Of a stretch of DNA of 64,000 nucleotides, positions 18,053 through 26,660 are shown piece by piece. The stretch comes from Thermoplasmatota archaeon (GTDB lineage: Archaea; Thermoplasmatota; Thermoplasmata; UBA10834): NCBI GenBank assembly GCA_040751795.1, contig JBFMHR010000002.1, forward strand, positions 64,001 to 128,000, written 5' to 3'. The translations under genes were made by a program, and so were the position numbers. How positions within the stretch are numbered: position 1 is the stretch's first letter; the number at the start of each line of letters is the position of its first letter. Below the pieces are notes generated by a model that worked only from the letters and a program-made list of their open reading frames with translations, was not told the DNA's origin and did not search any database.

Positions 18053-19422
18053 GCGGTCGCCCCCTTTATCCTGGAGACAGTCTCGCAGGTGAGCGCGTCG
18101 AGCTCGTCCGAGACCGCCACCTCGTAGACCTCTCGTCCCGCGATGTCCCTGAGGCCTTCCGGGAGCGCCATCCTGTTGCCGGTCGCATAGGCTTGGACAT
18201 CGGCGAGCCTGGGAGTGTCGGCGAGCAGCCTGCCACCGTCGACGACCTGGACGAGCAGGGGCTGGAGTTCCCCGTCGAGCTCGCCGCGCATCCCGAGGAC
18301 GTCCCTGACCGGCGTCTCCCCTTCGAGGAGCCTGTAAACCTGCTTCCTCCCGGGGAAGGTGCTCTTGTCCTTGGACAGCTTCAGCTTCGGGGTCGTCCGT
18401 CCGTCCTTCTCTATCTCGGCGAGTTTGTAGACCCCTCCGATGGAGGGGGAGTCCGCCGAGAGGACCAGCTCCGTCCCGATGCCGAAGATGTCGATCTCCG
18501 CACCGGCTTCCAGCATCTCGGCGATCTTGTACTCGTTGAGGTCGTTGGTGGCGAATATCCTGCCGTCCTTCTTGCCCGCGGCGTCCATTATGGCCCGCAC
18601 TTCCTTGCTCAGCGCGGCGATGTCCCCCGAGTCGAGCCTCACACCCTTTATCCGGCCAGGCAGCCTTGCCGCGGCTTCGGCCCCCTGGACCGTGTCATAT
18701 GTGTCGATGAGGGCGAGCGTATCCTCCCCGTAGATTTGGAAGTACGCCTTGAACGCCTCGTCCTCGGTGTCGAAGCTCATGACCCACGAGTGCGCATGGG
18801 TCCCGTACGAAGGGATCCCGAAGATCGCATCTGCAAGGACGTTCGAGGTGCCCATCGCACCGCCTATGAATGCCGCCCTCGCCGCCCTGAGGGCGGCTCC
18901 GACGTCCGTCCTCCTCATCCCGAACTCGATGATTGAGCGCCCCTTGGCCACTTCGACGCACCGGGCCGCCTTGGTGGCGATCTTCGTCTGGTGGTTGTAG
19001 CACATCAGCAGGTATGTCTCCGCCACCTGCGCCTCGATTATGGGCGCTTCGACCGTCATGAGCGGTTCGTTGCCGAATGCGATCGTCCCTTCTGGCATGG
19101 CCCAGGCATCCCCCGTGAACCTGAAGTCCGCGAGGTATTCCCAGAACGATTCCCTCGCACCCTTGAACGTGGGCTTGTCCCTCAGCAGTTCGATGTCGTC
19201 GTCCGTGAACCGGACATTGGTGAGGTAGTGAAGCGCCTGCTCCAGCCCGGCGACCATCATGTACGACCTGTTCTTCGGCAGCTTGCGGACGAATAGGTCG
19301 AACACGGCGATCTCATCCGTCCTCCCCATGGCGTGGTAGCCGTTGGCCATGGTGAGTTGGTAGAGGTCTGTGGCGATCCCGAGTCTCCCTTCAGGAACTA
19401 GCCCCGATTCCGGTCTTCGCGT
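18049..19422 (-). CDS. pncB: Nicotinate phosphoribosyltransferase; probable ACG start at 19422 (first ATG at 19350 is inside TDLYQLTM)
   Basis: ATDLYQLTM, FDLFVRKLP, EFGMRR, GTSNV, GTHAHSW, LIDTYD, GVRLDSGD, FGIGT, GGVYKL. Confidence 0.95.
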   Translation of the reverse strand, partial: TRRPESGLVPEGRLGIATDLYQLTMANGYHAMGRTDEIAVFDLFVRKLPKNRSYMMVAGLEQALHYLTNVRFTDDDIELLRDKPTFKGARESFWEYLADFRFTGDAWAMPEGTIAFGNEPLMTVEAPIIEAQVAETYLLMCYNHQTKIATKAARCVEVAKGRSIIEFGMRRTDVGAALRAARAAFIGGAMGTSNVLADAIFGIPSYGTHAHSWVMSFDTEDEAFKAYFQIYGEDTLALIDTYDTVQGAEAAARLPGRIKGVRLDSGDIAALSKEVRAIMDAAGKKDGRIFATNDLNEYKIAEMLEAGAEIDIFGIGTELVLSADSPSIGGVYKLAEIEKDGRTTPKLKLSKDKSTFPGRKQVYRLLEGETPVRDVLGMRGELDGELQPLLVQVVDGGRLLADTPRLADVQAYATGNRMALPEGLRDIAGREVYEVAVSDELDALTCETVSRIKGATA

Positions 19423-19435
19423 GTTACCACCTCCG

Positions 19436-19478
19436 TTAGTGTGTATCCTACACTTACTTAGTGTAGTGATTACACTAA
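19436..19478. promoter_or_regulatory. Two tandem 21-bp NrtR-type operators
   Basis: TTAGTGTGTATCCTACACTTA (19436-19456) and TTAGTGTA-GTGAT-TACACTAA (19458-19478), both with a GT-N7-AC core, just upstream of the pncB SD. Confidence 0.85.
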
Positions 19479-19627
19479 TTGTATATCAACGTTTCTAGGA
19501 TAATTCGGCCCCTGCGATTGGCACACGGAGAGATGAGGCATCATCCGTCAACCGCAGCAGCCACTTGCCATCGGAGGGTCATATTGAGCGGGGCGGCTCA
19601 CAAGGCTCTAAGACAATGGTTCCCTCA

Positions 19628-19671
19628 TTCAATTGGGGACATGTCCCGATTGAGTATCTGGGTCCTCGCTC
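19628..19671 (+). repeat. Degenerate att-like repeat copy 4
   Basis: TATCTGGGTCCTCGCTC matches TATCCGGGCCCTCGCAC at 14/17 and keeps the TTCAA-N22-TATC spacing of copies 2 and 3. Confidence 0.5.
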
Positions 19672-19712
19672 GTCCATGGTCTGGTCGTGAGACCTGTGCT
19701 CAGGTCATTGTC

Positions 19713-20213
19713 TCAAGACCCTGCAGTTCGCTGGTCTGCACGGCGCAAAGCGGCGGCGAACTCCTCCACTTTGCTGCGCCATCTGTCCTCCAGCGGCCCC
19801 TTGATGCCGGTGACATAGACCTTGCCCTCCGCAATCTTGCTGAGGCCCTTCGCCTCGAGGATCGCGTCCATGATCGGTATCACCCTCTGGCACTTTCCCA
19901 ACTCCTTCTCGGCGGGGGCCTCTCCTGTCGTCCTGTCAGCTTGAGGGTTCATCTCAGTGACCAGGATCGCATAGCGCGACCCCGAGGGAAGCCGCAGTTT
20001 CGTGAGGAACTTCCTCATGCTCTTGACCGGCTTCCCGAACCTCCCGGGGGAGCTGAAGATATACAGGTCCGCCAGCGGGATGTCATCGGGCTCGACGTCC
20101 TCGACATGATGCACGTTGACGTTCGTCCCGTTTGCCGCCATTATGTCCCTGAATTCCTCGGCGACCTTCGCCCCGTTCCCATGCACCGATCCGTGGTAGT
20201 ATTCGATCTTCAT
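19713..20213 (-). CDS. Flavodoxin-like protein
   Basis: YYHGSVHGNGAKVAE, FSSPGRFG. Confidence 0.75.
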   Translation of the reverse strand: MKIEYYHGSVHGNGAKVAEEFRDIMAANGTNVNVHHVEDVEPDDIPLADLYIFSSPGRFGKPVKSMRKFLTKLRLPSGSRYAILVTEMNPQADRTTGEAPAEKELGKCQRVIPIMDAILEAKGLSKIAEGKVYVTGIKGPLEDRWRSKVEEFAAALRRADQRTAGS

Positions 20214-20218
20214 CGTCC

Positions 20219-20497
20219 TCAAACCCCGCCTGTACGATTCCCTGCTTGGTTCTCCTCGACTGCGGCTCCCGCCCGTCTCCCGACTATGATGCCCATGGCC
20301 ACTATGATCATGCCAATCACGGCGCTTCCCAGGCTGCAGCCCTGGGCACTGGTGTAGAAGTCGTAGAGCTCAGGGTCCGCGGCCCTCTCCTCCTCGCTCA
20401 TCGCATTCGCATGGCTGGCCGCCCATGCTGTCGCTGCGATTCCGCTCAGCAGGAATATCCCGCCCACTGCCATCAACGCGATTCCAAGGCGTCTCAA
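20219..20497 (-). CDS. Small two-TM membrane protein
   Basis: Two hydrophobic helices; start overlaps the upstream stop. Confidence 0.6.
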   Translation of the reverse strand: MRRLGIALMAVGGIFLLSGIAATAWAASHANAMSEEERAADPELYDFYTSAQGCSLGSAVIGMIIVAMGIIVGRRAGAAVEENQAGNRTGGV

Positions 20498-21072
20498 GTG
20501 TCTTCCCCCCTGGTCTGGTCATGAATTCGGCCCGCGATTCCGGGATTCTGCAAAGGGCTCGAATCCCTCCCTGGAGCGGATGCAGCCGCTGATTCCTCTT
20601 GGACGCCTGCGACGATCTGCCCCACGAAATTCCCGAGCTTCTTCTCGTAAGTCCCGGCTTTGAGGTCCCGCCTCTCCCTTATCTCGAGACACGCAATCGG
20701 CTCCATTGAGAGGATGGCCTCCATGTCCTCGAAGGCCTGGTTCTTCTTGAGCATGTGCGTAAGGAAGAATGCCGACTTCTTGATCTTGCCCTTGTTCATC
20801 GTGAGATATGTCCGTATCGGCGCGGAGACTCTACTGCTGTAGACCGGCGTTCCAATCACGACAAGATCGTACGAGGAGGGATCATTCGCTGGTCGCCCGA
20901 TCTCCGTGAGGTTCATCTTCTGAGCGTCTCTGCCAGATGTCAGCATGTGTATCCCATTCCTCTTCCGCTTGTCGACCACGGCTTCGATGTCGCACCCCAG
21001 CCTGTTCGCCAAATCCTCCGCGAGGTCTTTCGTCTTGCCCGCTCTCGAGTAATACACCACCAAAGTTCGCAT
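20494..21072 (-). CDS. Flavodoxin family protein
   Basis: LVVYYSRAGKT, YDLVVIGTPVY, AFFLT. Confidence 0.85.
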   Translation of the reverse strand: MRTLVVYYSRAGKTKDLAEDLANRLGCDIEAVVDKRKRNGIHMLTSGRDAQKMNLTEIGRPANDPSSYDLVVIGTPVYSSRVSAPIRTYLTMNKGKIKKSAFFLTHMLKKNQAFEDMEAILSMEPIACLEIRERRDLKAGTYEKKLGNFVGQIVAGVQEESAAASAPGRDSSPLQNPGIAGRIHDQTRGEDT

Positions 21073-21077
21073 GTTCT

Positions 21078-21662
21078 TCATTCCCTCTCACCATCCTTTC
21101 TGGCCGTCACGTCGATTGCGTGATGGACGTCGGCGATCTGCATCAGTTTGGCAGAACAGGAGGGTCTGTGCATGTTCTCGGACGCAGCTCCACCTTGGTG
21201 CTTCTTCAGTCTATGGAAGTAGAATGCAGCCGTCCCAAGTGACAGGCCCCATGCGATGAACAGTGAATACCAGTAGAGTCCCCAGATTGCGTTCGGGTTT
21301 GATTCTGAGGCGAAGTACTGCTCTGATGATGCCGCTTCATTGAATGCGAGCTGAACTTGAAGGCAGAAATAGGCGACACCCCACATGGTGAGCCCTGCCG
21401 ATATGGCCAGAGCTGGAAGCGTGGACGTCCACTCTGGTAGGCGTCTCACCCAAGTAGAATGAGTGAACACTATCGCACAGATTGCAGCGAGAACGGCCAG
21501 GCCGCCGACGATCAACAGCGCACTGTTCTCGGCCGTTCCCTGGAAGTCTCCTGGATATGTCAATGATACTCCAAACCAGAACCAGAAGTGCGGAATGGCG
21601 AATACCACAGCACAGACACCGGAGACCAGGCCGGCCATTCTGACTCTCTCTTCCATCTTCAT
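21078..21662 (-). CDS. Four-TM membrane protein (DUF3995-like, uncertain)
   Basis: FAIPHFWFWFG..., W.LYWY.LF..WG; ATGA/TGA-coupled operon. Confidence 0.65.
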   Translation of the reverse strand: MKMEERVRMAGLVSGVCAVVFAIPHFWFWFGVSLTYPGDFQGTAENSALLIVGGLAVLAAICAIVFTHSTWVRRLPEWTSTLPALAISAGLTMWGVAYFCLQVQLAFNEAASSEQYFASESNPNAIWGLYWYSLFIAWGLSLGTAAFYFHRLKKHQGGAASENMHRPSCSAKLMQIADVHHAIDVTARKDGERE

Positions 21663-22240
21663 GCTATCTCCCCGACTGTCTCTCGAAAGCTGTCTCGTTG
21701 GGCGGCGAGCTTCGCGTATGTTCTTGTTCGTGGCAGAAGCGCCAGGATGAGTATGACCGCGCCAAGGACAGCGAAGGTCACCTGCAGGAACCGAGGGAAG
21801 CCTTCAGGAGAACCGATGTAGTAGACCTCCACGATGATCCAGGCTATGAGTATGACCCCGGTCGCCGCGGCCCCGGTCCAGGCCCAGTTCTGGCCGGTCC
21901 ACTTGTTTATGGCGTCAGTCCAGCTCCACCTCGGGAGTTTCCATAGGCCATATATGATGAGGATCGGGAGTACGCCGTAGCAGGTGACGAAGAAGAGCCC
22001 TACTAGGAGGAAGTCTCCGACCGGCGTGCCCTCGAGGATCGATGTGTCCATGTCGTGAGTCCCTCCAGATGGGTCCCTGATGAACTGCATTCCGCTGGCA
22101 AATCCGAAGAATACCAGGACTGCCTCCAACACTATCAGGGCCTTCACCGAGACCGGCATGGGCCGGTCTCCCTTCGTGGCCGCGCTCCTTCGGTCAACCT
22201 CGTCCGTCTTCCTATCAGAGTTCCTTCTGTCCATTCTCAT
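21659..22240 (-). CDS. Four-TM membrane protein
   Basis: G..F..DPSG....M....L.GTP..DFL..GLF and WIIVE pattern; start approximate. Confidence 0.7.
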   Translation of the reverse strand: MRMDRRNSDRKTDEVDRRSAATKGDRPMPVSVKALIVLEAVLVFFGFASGMQFIRDPSGGTHDMDTSILEGTPVGDFLLVGLFFVTCYGVLPILIIYGLWKLPRWSWTDAINKWTGQNWAWTGAAATGVILIAWIIVEVYYIGSPEGFPRFLQVTFAVLGAVILILALLPRTRTYAKLAAQRDSFRETVGEIA

Positions 22241-22245
22241 ACCTC

Positions 22246-22509
22246 CTAGCATCTAGCCTTCTTGCCTCTCCTTGATCGCACAATCTTCGTCACAGCCGCG
22301 CACTCGCCTCCGATTCCATCGGCCGCTGCTTCGAGCTCGCACAGCACCCGGCATTCGTCACAGTGGCCCAGCGAGTCCCCCCTGTTGCTGAGGGTGCTGA
22401 GGATGCAGTTCATCCGGTCCAGGTCCGTCGTGCCGCGCGTCTCACCCTTCCCGTTCGGACGGCCGTCGACCCCTTTCCGCCGCACCTTCTCCGTCATGTC
22501 CCTCTTCAT
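22246..22509 (-). CDS. Small Cys-containing hypothetical protein
   Basis: First ORF of the minus-strand operon; HCDECRVLC. Confidence 0.4.
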   Translation of the reverse strand: MKRDMTEKVRRKGVDGRPNGKGETRGTTDLDRMNCILSTLSNRGDSLGHCDECRVLCELEAAADGIGGECAAVTKIVRSRRGKKARC

Positions 22510-22699
22510 CTGATGCCCTCAGAGGTCGTGGGAGACATAGTTCCACGTTCACAGCCCGGTTGAAGATGTGTGGCATGAGACGGGCTGAATTTGTCCGGTC
22601 CTTCACGTGCAGGGTTGCAGCAACGGACATCCCCCGAGGCACTGGCGGGGCGGAAAGGGCACATCGAGACCCGGCCTGTCATCCCCTTGTCCCGGCCTT

Positions 22700-22790
22700 C
22701 TCGTTCGACAACCGGTCTCGCCAGGTCACGGGCCGGGGTCCTAGAATTGGCGAAGAGCATCTGACAGAGCCGGGTACCTGCCCCGTCCAT
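22700..22790 (-). pseudogene. Remnant Lrp/AsnC HTH N-terminus
   Basis: MDGAGTRLCQMLFANSRTPARDLAR resembles MDDTDRKLLQLISEDPRMPLKELAK of 11866-12831, then the similarity is lost. Confidence 0.4.
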
Positions 22791-23014
22791 CCGAATCGCG
22801 GCGCGCCGCCCGGTACACCCCTCCGGTGCCCGGATTGCCACAGACGGCTCAAGGGACTGAGGGTACTGTGGTTCGTGCCCTCGCCTTTGGAAAGGGGCAT
22901 CTCGTCGGGAGCCCTCGTGTGAGCTTGGGCTCGAGGTCCGGGCGTCGTCAGGGCTCTCATTGACTGTGCCTGCGGCGGCGATTACGGACAGTCGAGGGCG
23001 TCCATTGGGGCCGG

Positions 23015-24085
23015 TCACTCATGATTGTGCCTGTGGTGTATGTCAGGCCAGTGGTCATGATCGTGGACGGTGGCCCTGTGCGTATGTTCATGGCTGTGTG
23101 GCGCACGGGCCGGAGCAGCGTCGCAGTGGTCGTGGTCAGGGTCCCCGTGTGAGTGCATGTGAGTGTGAGTGATCTCCTCATGCTCGTGCTCATGCGCGTG
23201 CCTCTCGTATACCAGGGCCAGGACGCCGAGGACCATGAGCGCGAGGGCTGGGAACACAGTCCACCCGAGCCATTCCCTCAAGACGAGGACCGAGATGGCG
23301 GCCCCTATGAATGGGCCAAGGCTGAAGAACAGGCCCGTCCGAGATGCCCCGAGCCCTTGGAGCGCCAGGACGAAGAACACCAGGCTCGCGCCGTAGCTCA
23401 CAGCGCCCAGGAGGAGGGCCCACAGTACCCCGGGGTCGAACGGGATGCTCGGGCCCAATGCGGCCGCGATGGCCAGCGATGCGCTGCCCGCAACGCCCCC
23501 TTTCAGGAGGGCTATCTGTACGGGGTCCCGGCCGCAGATGTTCCTCGTCAGGTTGTTGTCCAGCCCCCATCCGAACCCGGCGATGACCAGTAGCAGGAAG
23601 CCGGTGAGACTCCAGTCTCCTTCGGAGGGGTCCCAGCTCAGGAGCACGCCTGCAGCGGTGACACACAACAGGGCGACAACCAGCCTCCTGCCGAGGTTCT
23701 CCCTGAACAGCATCGTTGCGATGATGGCCGTTGCGACGCCCTCCATGTTCAGGAGTAGGGAGGCGGAGAAGCCGGAGATCAGCGTGAGGCCGACCATGAG
23801 GGCCACGGGCGCAAGGATCCCGCCTGAGACGATGGCCCCTGCAAGCCATGGCATGTCGGCTCGCCGCAGGGCATTGACGGACGAGGTGGCTCCTCCGCGC
23901 ATGGCCCGGCGCAGCGCGACGTACGACCCCAGTCCGAGGAACGCCCCCAGATAGAGGAGGCCGGCCAACGCCACTGGGGGTATGTCGCCTACCAGCAGCT
24001 TTGCGAAGGGCGTGCTCAGGCCGAACAGGGCGGCGGCCAGAACTGCGAAGGTGACCGGCATGAGGCTGGGGTGAGGGACCTGCAT
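23015..24085 (-). CDS. EamA/DMT transporter with His-rich C-terminal tail
   Basis: AALFGLSTPFAKLL, LAGLLYLG, ASLLLNMEG, WGLDNNLTR; tail HAHEHEHEEITHTHMHSH...HWPDIHHRHNH. Confidence 0.92.
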   Translation of the reverse strand: MQVPHPSLMPVTFAVLAAALFGLSTPFAKLLVGDIPPVALAGLLYLGAFLGLGSYVALRRAMRGGATSSVNALRRADMPWLAGAIVSGGILAPVALMVGLTLISGFSASLLLNMEGVATAIIATMLFRENLGRRLVVALLCVTAAGVLLSWDPSEGDWSLTGFLLLVIAGFGWGLDNNLTRNICGRDPVQIALLKGGVAGSASLAIAAALGPSIPFDPGVLWALLLGAVSYGASLVFFVLALQGLGASRTGLFFSLGPFIGAAISVLVLREWLGWTVFPALALMVLGVLALVYERHAHEHEHEEITHTHMHSHGDPDHDHCDAAPARAPHSHEHTHRATVHDHDHWPDIHHRHNHE

Positions 24086-24563
24086 GAGTGCGATCCTCGC
24101 GCTTGGAAATGCTCACGATGATTTAACTTGAGTGCCGCAAATGGAGAGATATGCGGTGCCTGAGCCTTCGGGAGGTCTGAAGGGCAGGAGACGCGAGGGG
24201 GCCGGTCTGATGCAGCGGACATGTCCTCTCCGTCCCCATGCCAGAGGTGGCTGTTCAGATAGGCCCGTATCTCTCGTGGTTGATACGGTTGTCTTGGGGG
24301 CAGGGGCCGAGCTCTGGTCCATACGCCCGCGCACCCTCGAGGATTCATGGCAATCCGTTGGGGAGAGACTGATGGAAGGCCTGAGGCGCAAGCGACTCTT
24401 GCAGCCTTCCATTGACCATCCCGGATGCTCGGGCTCCTCCACACAACGGAGTCGTTGTCCCAGGGATTCCGCTGGCAGCATCCTCCGTGTATGGTCCGCG
24501 TCTGCGCACGTCATCACCCCACTGTGGTCCCCAGGAATCAGATCCCTCTAGCCTCAGGGATGG

Positions 24564-25277
24564 CTATCCATCTGTATCGTGGCTGCCCCGCCTTGGGGGT
24601 CCACCTCGAGCGCGGTCGTGAGGGGGTAGTTGAATCGTCCCCTCCGGCCCGCGCAAGACAGCGGCGACGTGCATGGCAGCATGAGAACCTACCACTGCGA
24701 TCGGGTTTCCGGTCAACAGGTAGCCCGCGGACCCAATCACAAGGGCGAAGACCGGCAGTATGAGAGAGCGGTTCCTGAACTCAGGATAGCCCAGGTGATA
24801 GACCGCCGTGACCAATGCGCTCGATGCCAGAGCCATCGCCCCCACGAGGAGGTCGCTGCCGATGCTCGATCCCCACCCAAGCTCGCCGAAGAAATCCCTA
24901 ATGGCCAGCACGGGAAGCACGGAGAGGAGGGCGCTGTCGACCACGCCGTAGATGACTCCTGACCAGACCATGTCCGCCACAAGCCTCATCCCTCTCAGCC
25001 TTGGAGAGGCTGGCTGTCTCATCACGCTGAACACCAGGAATGCCCCTATCAGCGCGGCAGCGACCAGGCCTAGCGCCAGGTTGTGCATCAAGGACTCATC
25101 GATGCGGACCTCGCTCCACAGGAGGTAGCCGCCAAACAATGCGGAAGAGAGGGCTACATAGGGAACCAGATAAGACCGTCTCCGCATGCCCCGGACCCCT
25201 GCGAAGTACCATGCGACCGAATACCCGAGTCCCGCAGCAGCGAGAATCCAGAGTATGTGGAGCCAACCGCCCTCCAT
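24564..25277 (-). CDS. Multi-TM membrane protein, CPBP/Abi-like (degenerate)
   Basis: YHLGYPEFR and H..MH motifs, about 7 TM. Confidence 0.65.
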   Translation of the reverse strand: MEGGWLHILWILAAAGLGYSVAWYFAGVRGMRRRSYLVPYVALSSALFGGYLLWSEVRIDESLMHNLALGLVAAALIGAFLVFSVMRQPASPRLRGMRLVADMVWSGVIYGVVDSALLSVLPVLAIRDFFGELGWGSSIGSDLLVGAMALASSALVTAVYHLGYPEFRNRSLILPVFALVIGSAGYLLTGNPIAVVGSHAAMHVAAVLRGPEGTIQLPPHDRARGGPPRRGSHDTDG

Positions 25278-25593
25278 CAACCCGCCAGCCCCCTGAATCC
25301 TCCATCGAGATGGTGATGAATCATGCGCACGCAACAGTCAAGGGTCCAGCGCCTAAGGGATTTTTCCTCTGACAACTCACGTTGTCGCCCCGGGGCCAGC
25401 AGCCGTGCCTGAGGGAGGCCGGGCCGGGGCTTATATAACGACGCGCCTTACGGCCGCCAAGATTGCCATGAATGCTGGTTGAAGGAGAGAAAACGCCATC
25501 TTCTGTGGCCGACGAAGTTTTATGATTCGCAGCCCGCTCGCGCCACGTCGGCGCACCTACAGATGCCTGTCAGGTGGGCGAGAGGGAGACACC

Positions 25594-26367
25594 ATGCACA
25601 TCAAGGAGATTGCACGAAGTGAATTGGCGGAATTCCTCAAGGTCAGGTGGAAGCCGGAGAGGGACCTGCTGATCGTGTTGTGCTCGTATATTGCACTGGT
25701 AGCCACGATGTTCACAGCGTTCGAGATAGTGACGAGCGACAACGTCGCGCCGTACTTCATCCTTTACGGGTTCGTCACGATTCTCCTGATCGGGGTGGTC
25801 GTCCCCCTGGCCTACACCGTGCTCGTCCGGAAGAGGCCTCTGTCAGAGGTCGGCATCACCAAGAAGTACTGGATAGCGAGCCTGGTGCTGGGCGCCATCC
25901 TCGGCCTCGTCACGTATCAGGGGACCCTCGCGCAGGACGAGCTGCCCGTGTTCGAGGAGCTGATGCCGCTGGTGATGGTGGCGTTCACCGTGGGACTCTT
26001 TGAGGCGGTGTTCTTCAGAGGCTGGGCCCAGCTCGCCTTCGAGAGGTCGTTCGGAGCGATGCCGGCGGTGCTCATCGGCTCGGCCATGTACTCCCTCTAC
26101 CACATCGGGTACGGGATGGAGGCATCCGAGCTTATGTTCCTGTTCGTCCTCGGCGTGACCTTCGCGCTGGCATTCAGAGCCACCAGGAACGTGCTCGTGC
26201 TCTGGCCTCTCTACACATGGGTCGGCGGGCTGCATAACAACGTCGCGGAGGGGCTCACGATGGATTTCGGCGCGGTCTATGGCTTCACCATAGTGCTCGT
26301 GCTGATACTCATGTCGATTGCGGCCATCTCCCGGAGGGGCAGGAAACTGGCGGCGGGGTCCTCCTAG
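25594..26367 (+). CDS. CPBP (Abi/CAAX) intramembrane protease family
   Basis: FEAVFFRGW, YSLYHIGY, TRN, multiple TM. Confidence 0.85.
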   Translation: MHIKEIARSELAEFLKVRWKPERDLLIVLCSYIALVATMFTAFEIVTSDNVAPYFILYGFVTILLIGVVVPLAYTVLVRKRPLSEVGITKKYWIASLVLGAILGLVTYQGTLAQDELPVFEELMPLVMVAFTVGLFEAVFFRGWAQLAFERSFGAMPAVLIGSAMYSLYHIGYGMEASELMFLFVLGVTFALAFRATRNVLVLWPLYTWVGGLHNNVAEGLTMDFGAVYGFTIVLVLILMSIAAISRRGRKLAAGSS

Positions 26368-26660
26368 GATGCGGGGTCCGAAGGCGCGCGAGCTCAGGCC
26401 AACCGCCCCGCCTGAGCGGCTGATGGCGTCCGGTCAGGAGCGTGTCCGGGGAGAGGGCGACCGCACCCGGGCGGGCTCGGTCGGGCCGGGCGCCCTCTGC
26501 AGGGAGGCCCTGAGGCCGGAGCGAGGAATGGGGAGATGCCTATGACCGGCCTGCTCCTGATGTCCTTGCGCATCTCATCTGCACCTGTCTCCGACCCAGT
26601 AGCGAACGTGGGCGCATCGTCACCCGGACGGTCCCCGTGCGCCGACCCCGGCGGTCGACG

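Larger units (their letters stand above)
10091..19671. mobile_element. tRNA-Leu-anchored tandem genomic islets (three cassettes bounded by att-like repeats; no integrase seen). Accessory DNA probably continues further right
   Basis: Repeats of the tRNA 3' end at ~11.7, ~13.9 and ~19.66 kb; visibly lower GC and different codon usage than the flanking core genes. Confidence 0.7.

Noticed and set aside
10076-19671. CRISPR interpretation of the repeats
   Set aside because: Spacing is kilobases, the repeat is tRNA-derived and no cas genes are present
22700-22890. Possible fifth att copy (CCAGGTCA...CCGGGGTCCT near 22721-22742; TTCGTGCCCTCGC near 22872-22884)
   Set aside because: Matches are short in GC-rich DNA and the TTCAA-N22-TATC spacing is not kept; needs a profile search
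24113-24560. Several short ORFs between the EamA and CPBP-like genes
   Set aside because: No motifs or consistent codon bias; probably decayed or intergenic DNA
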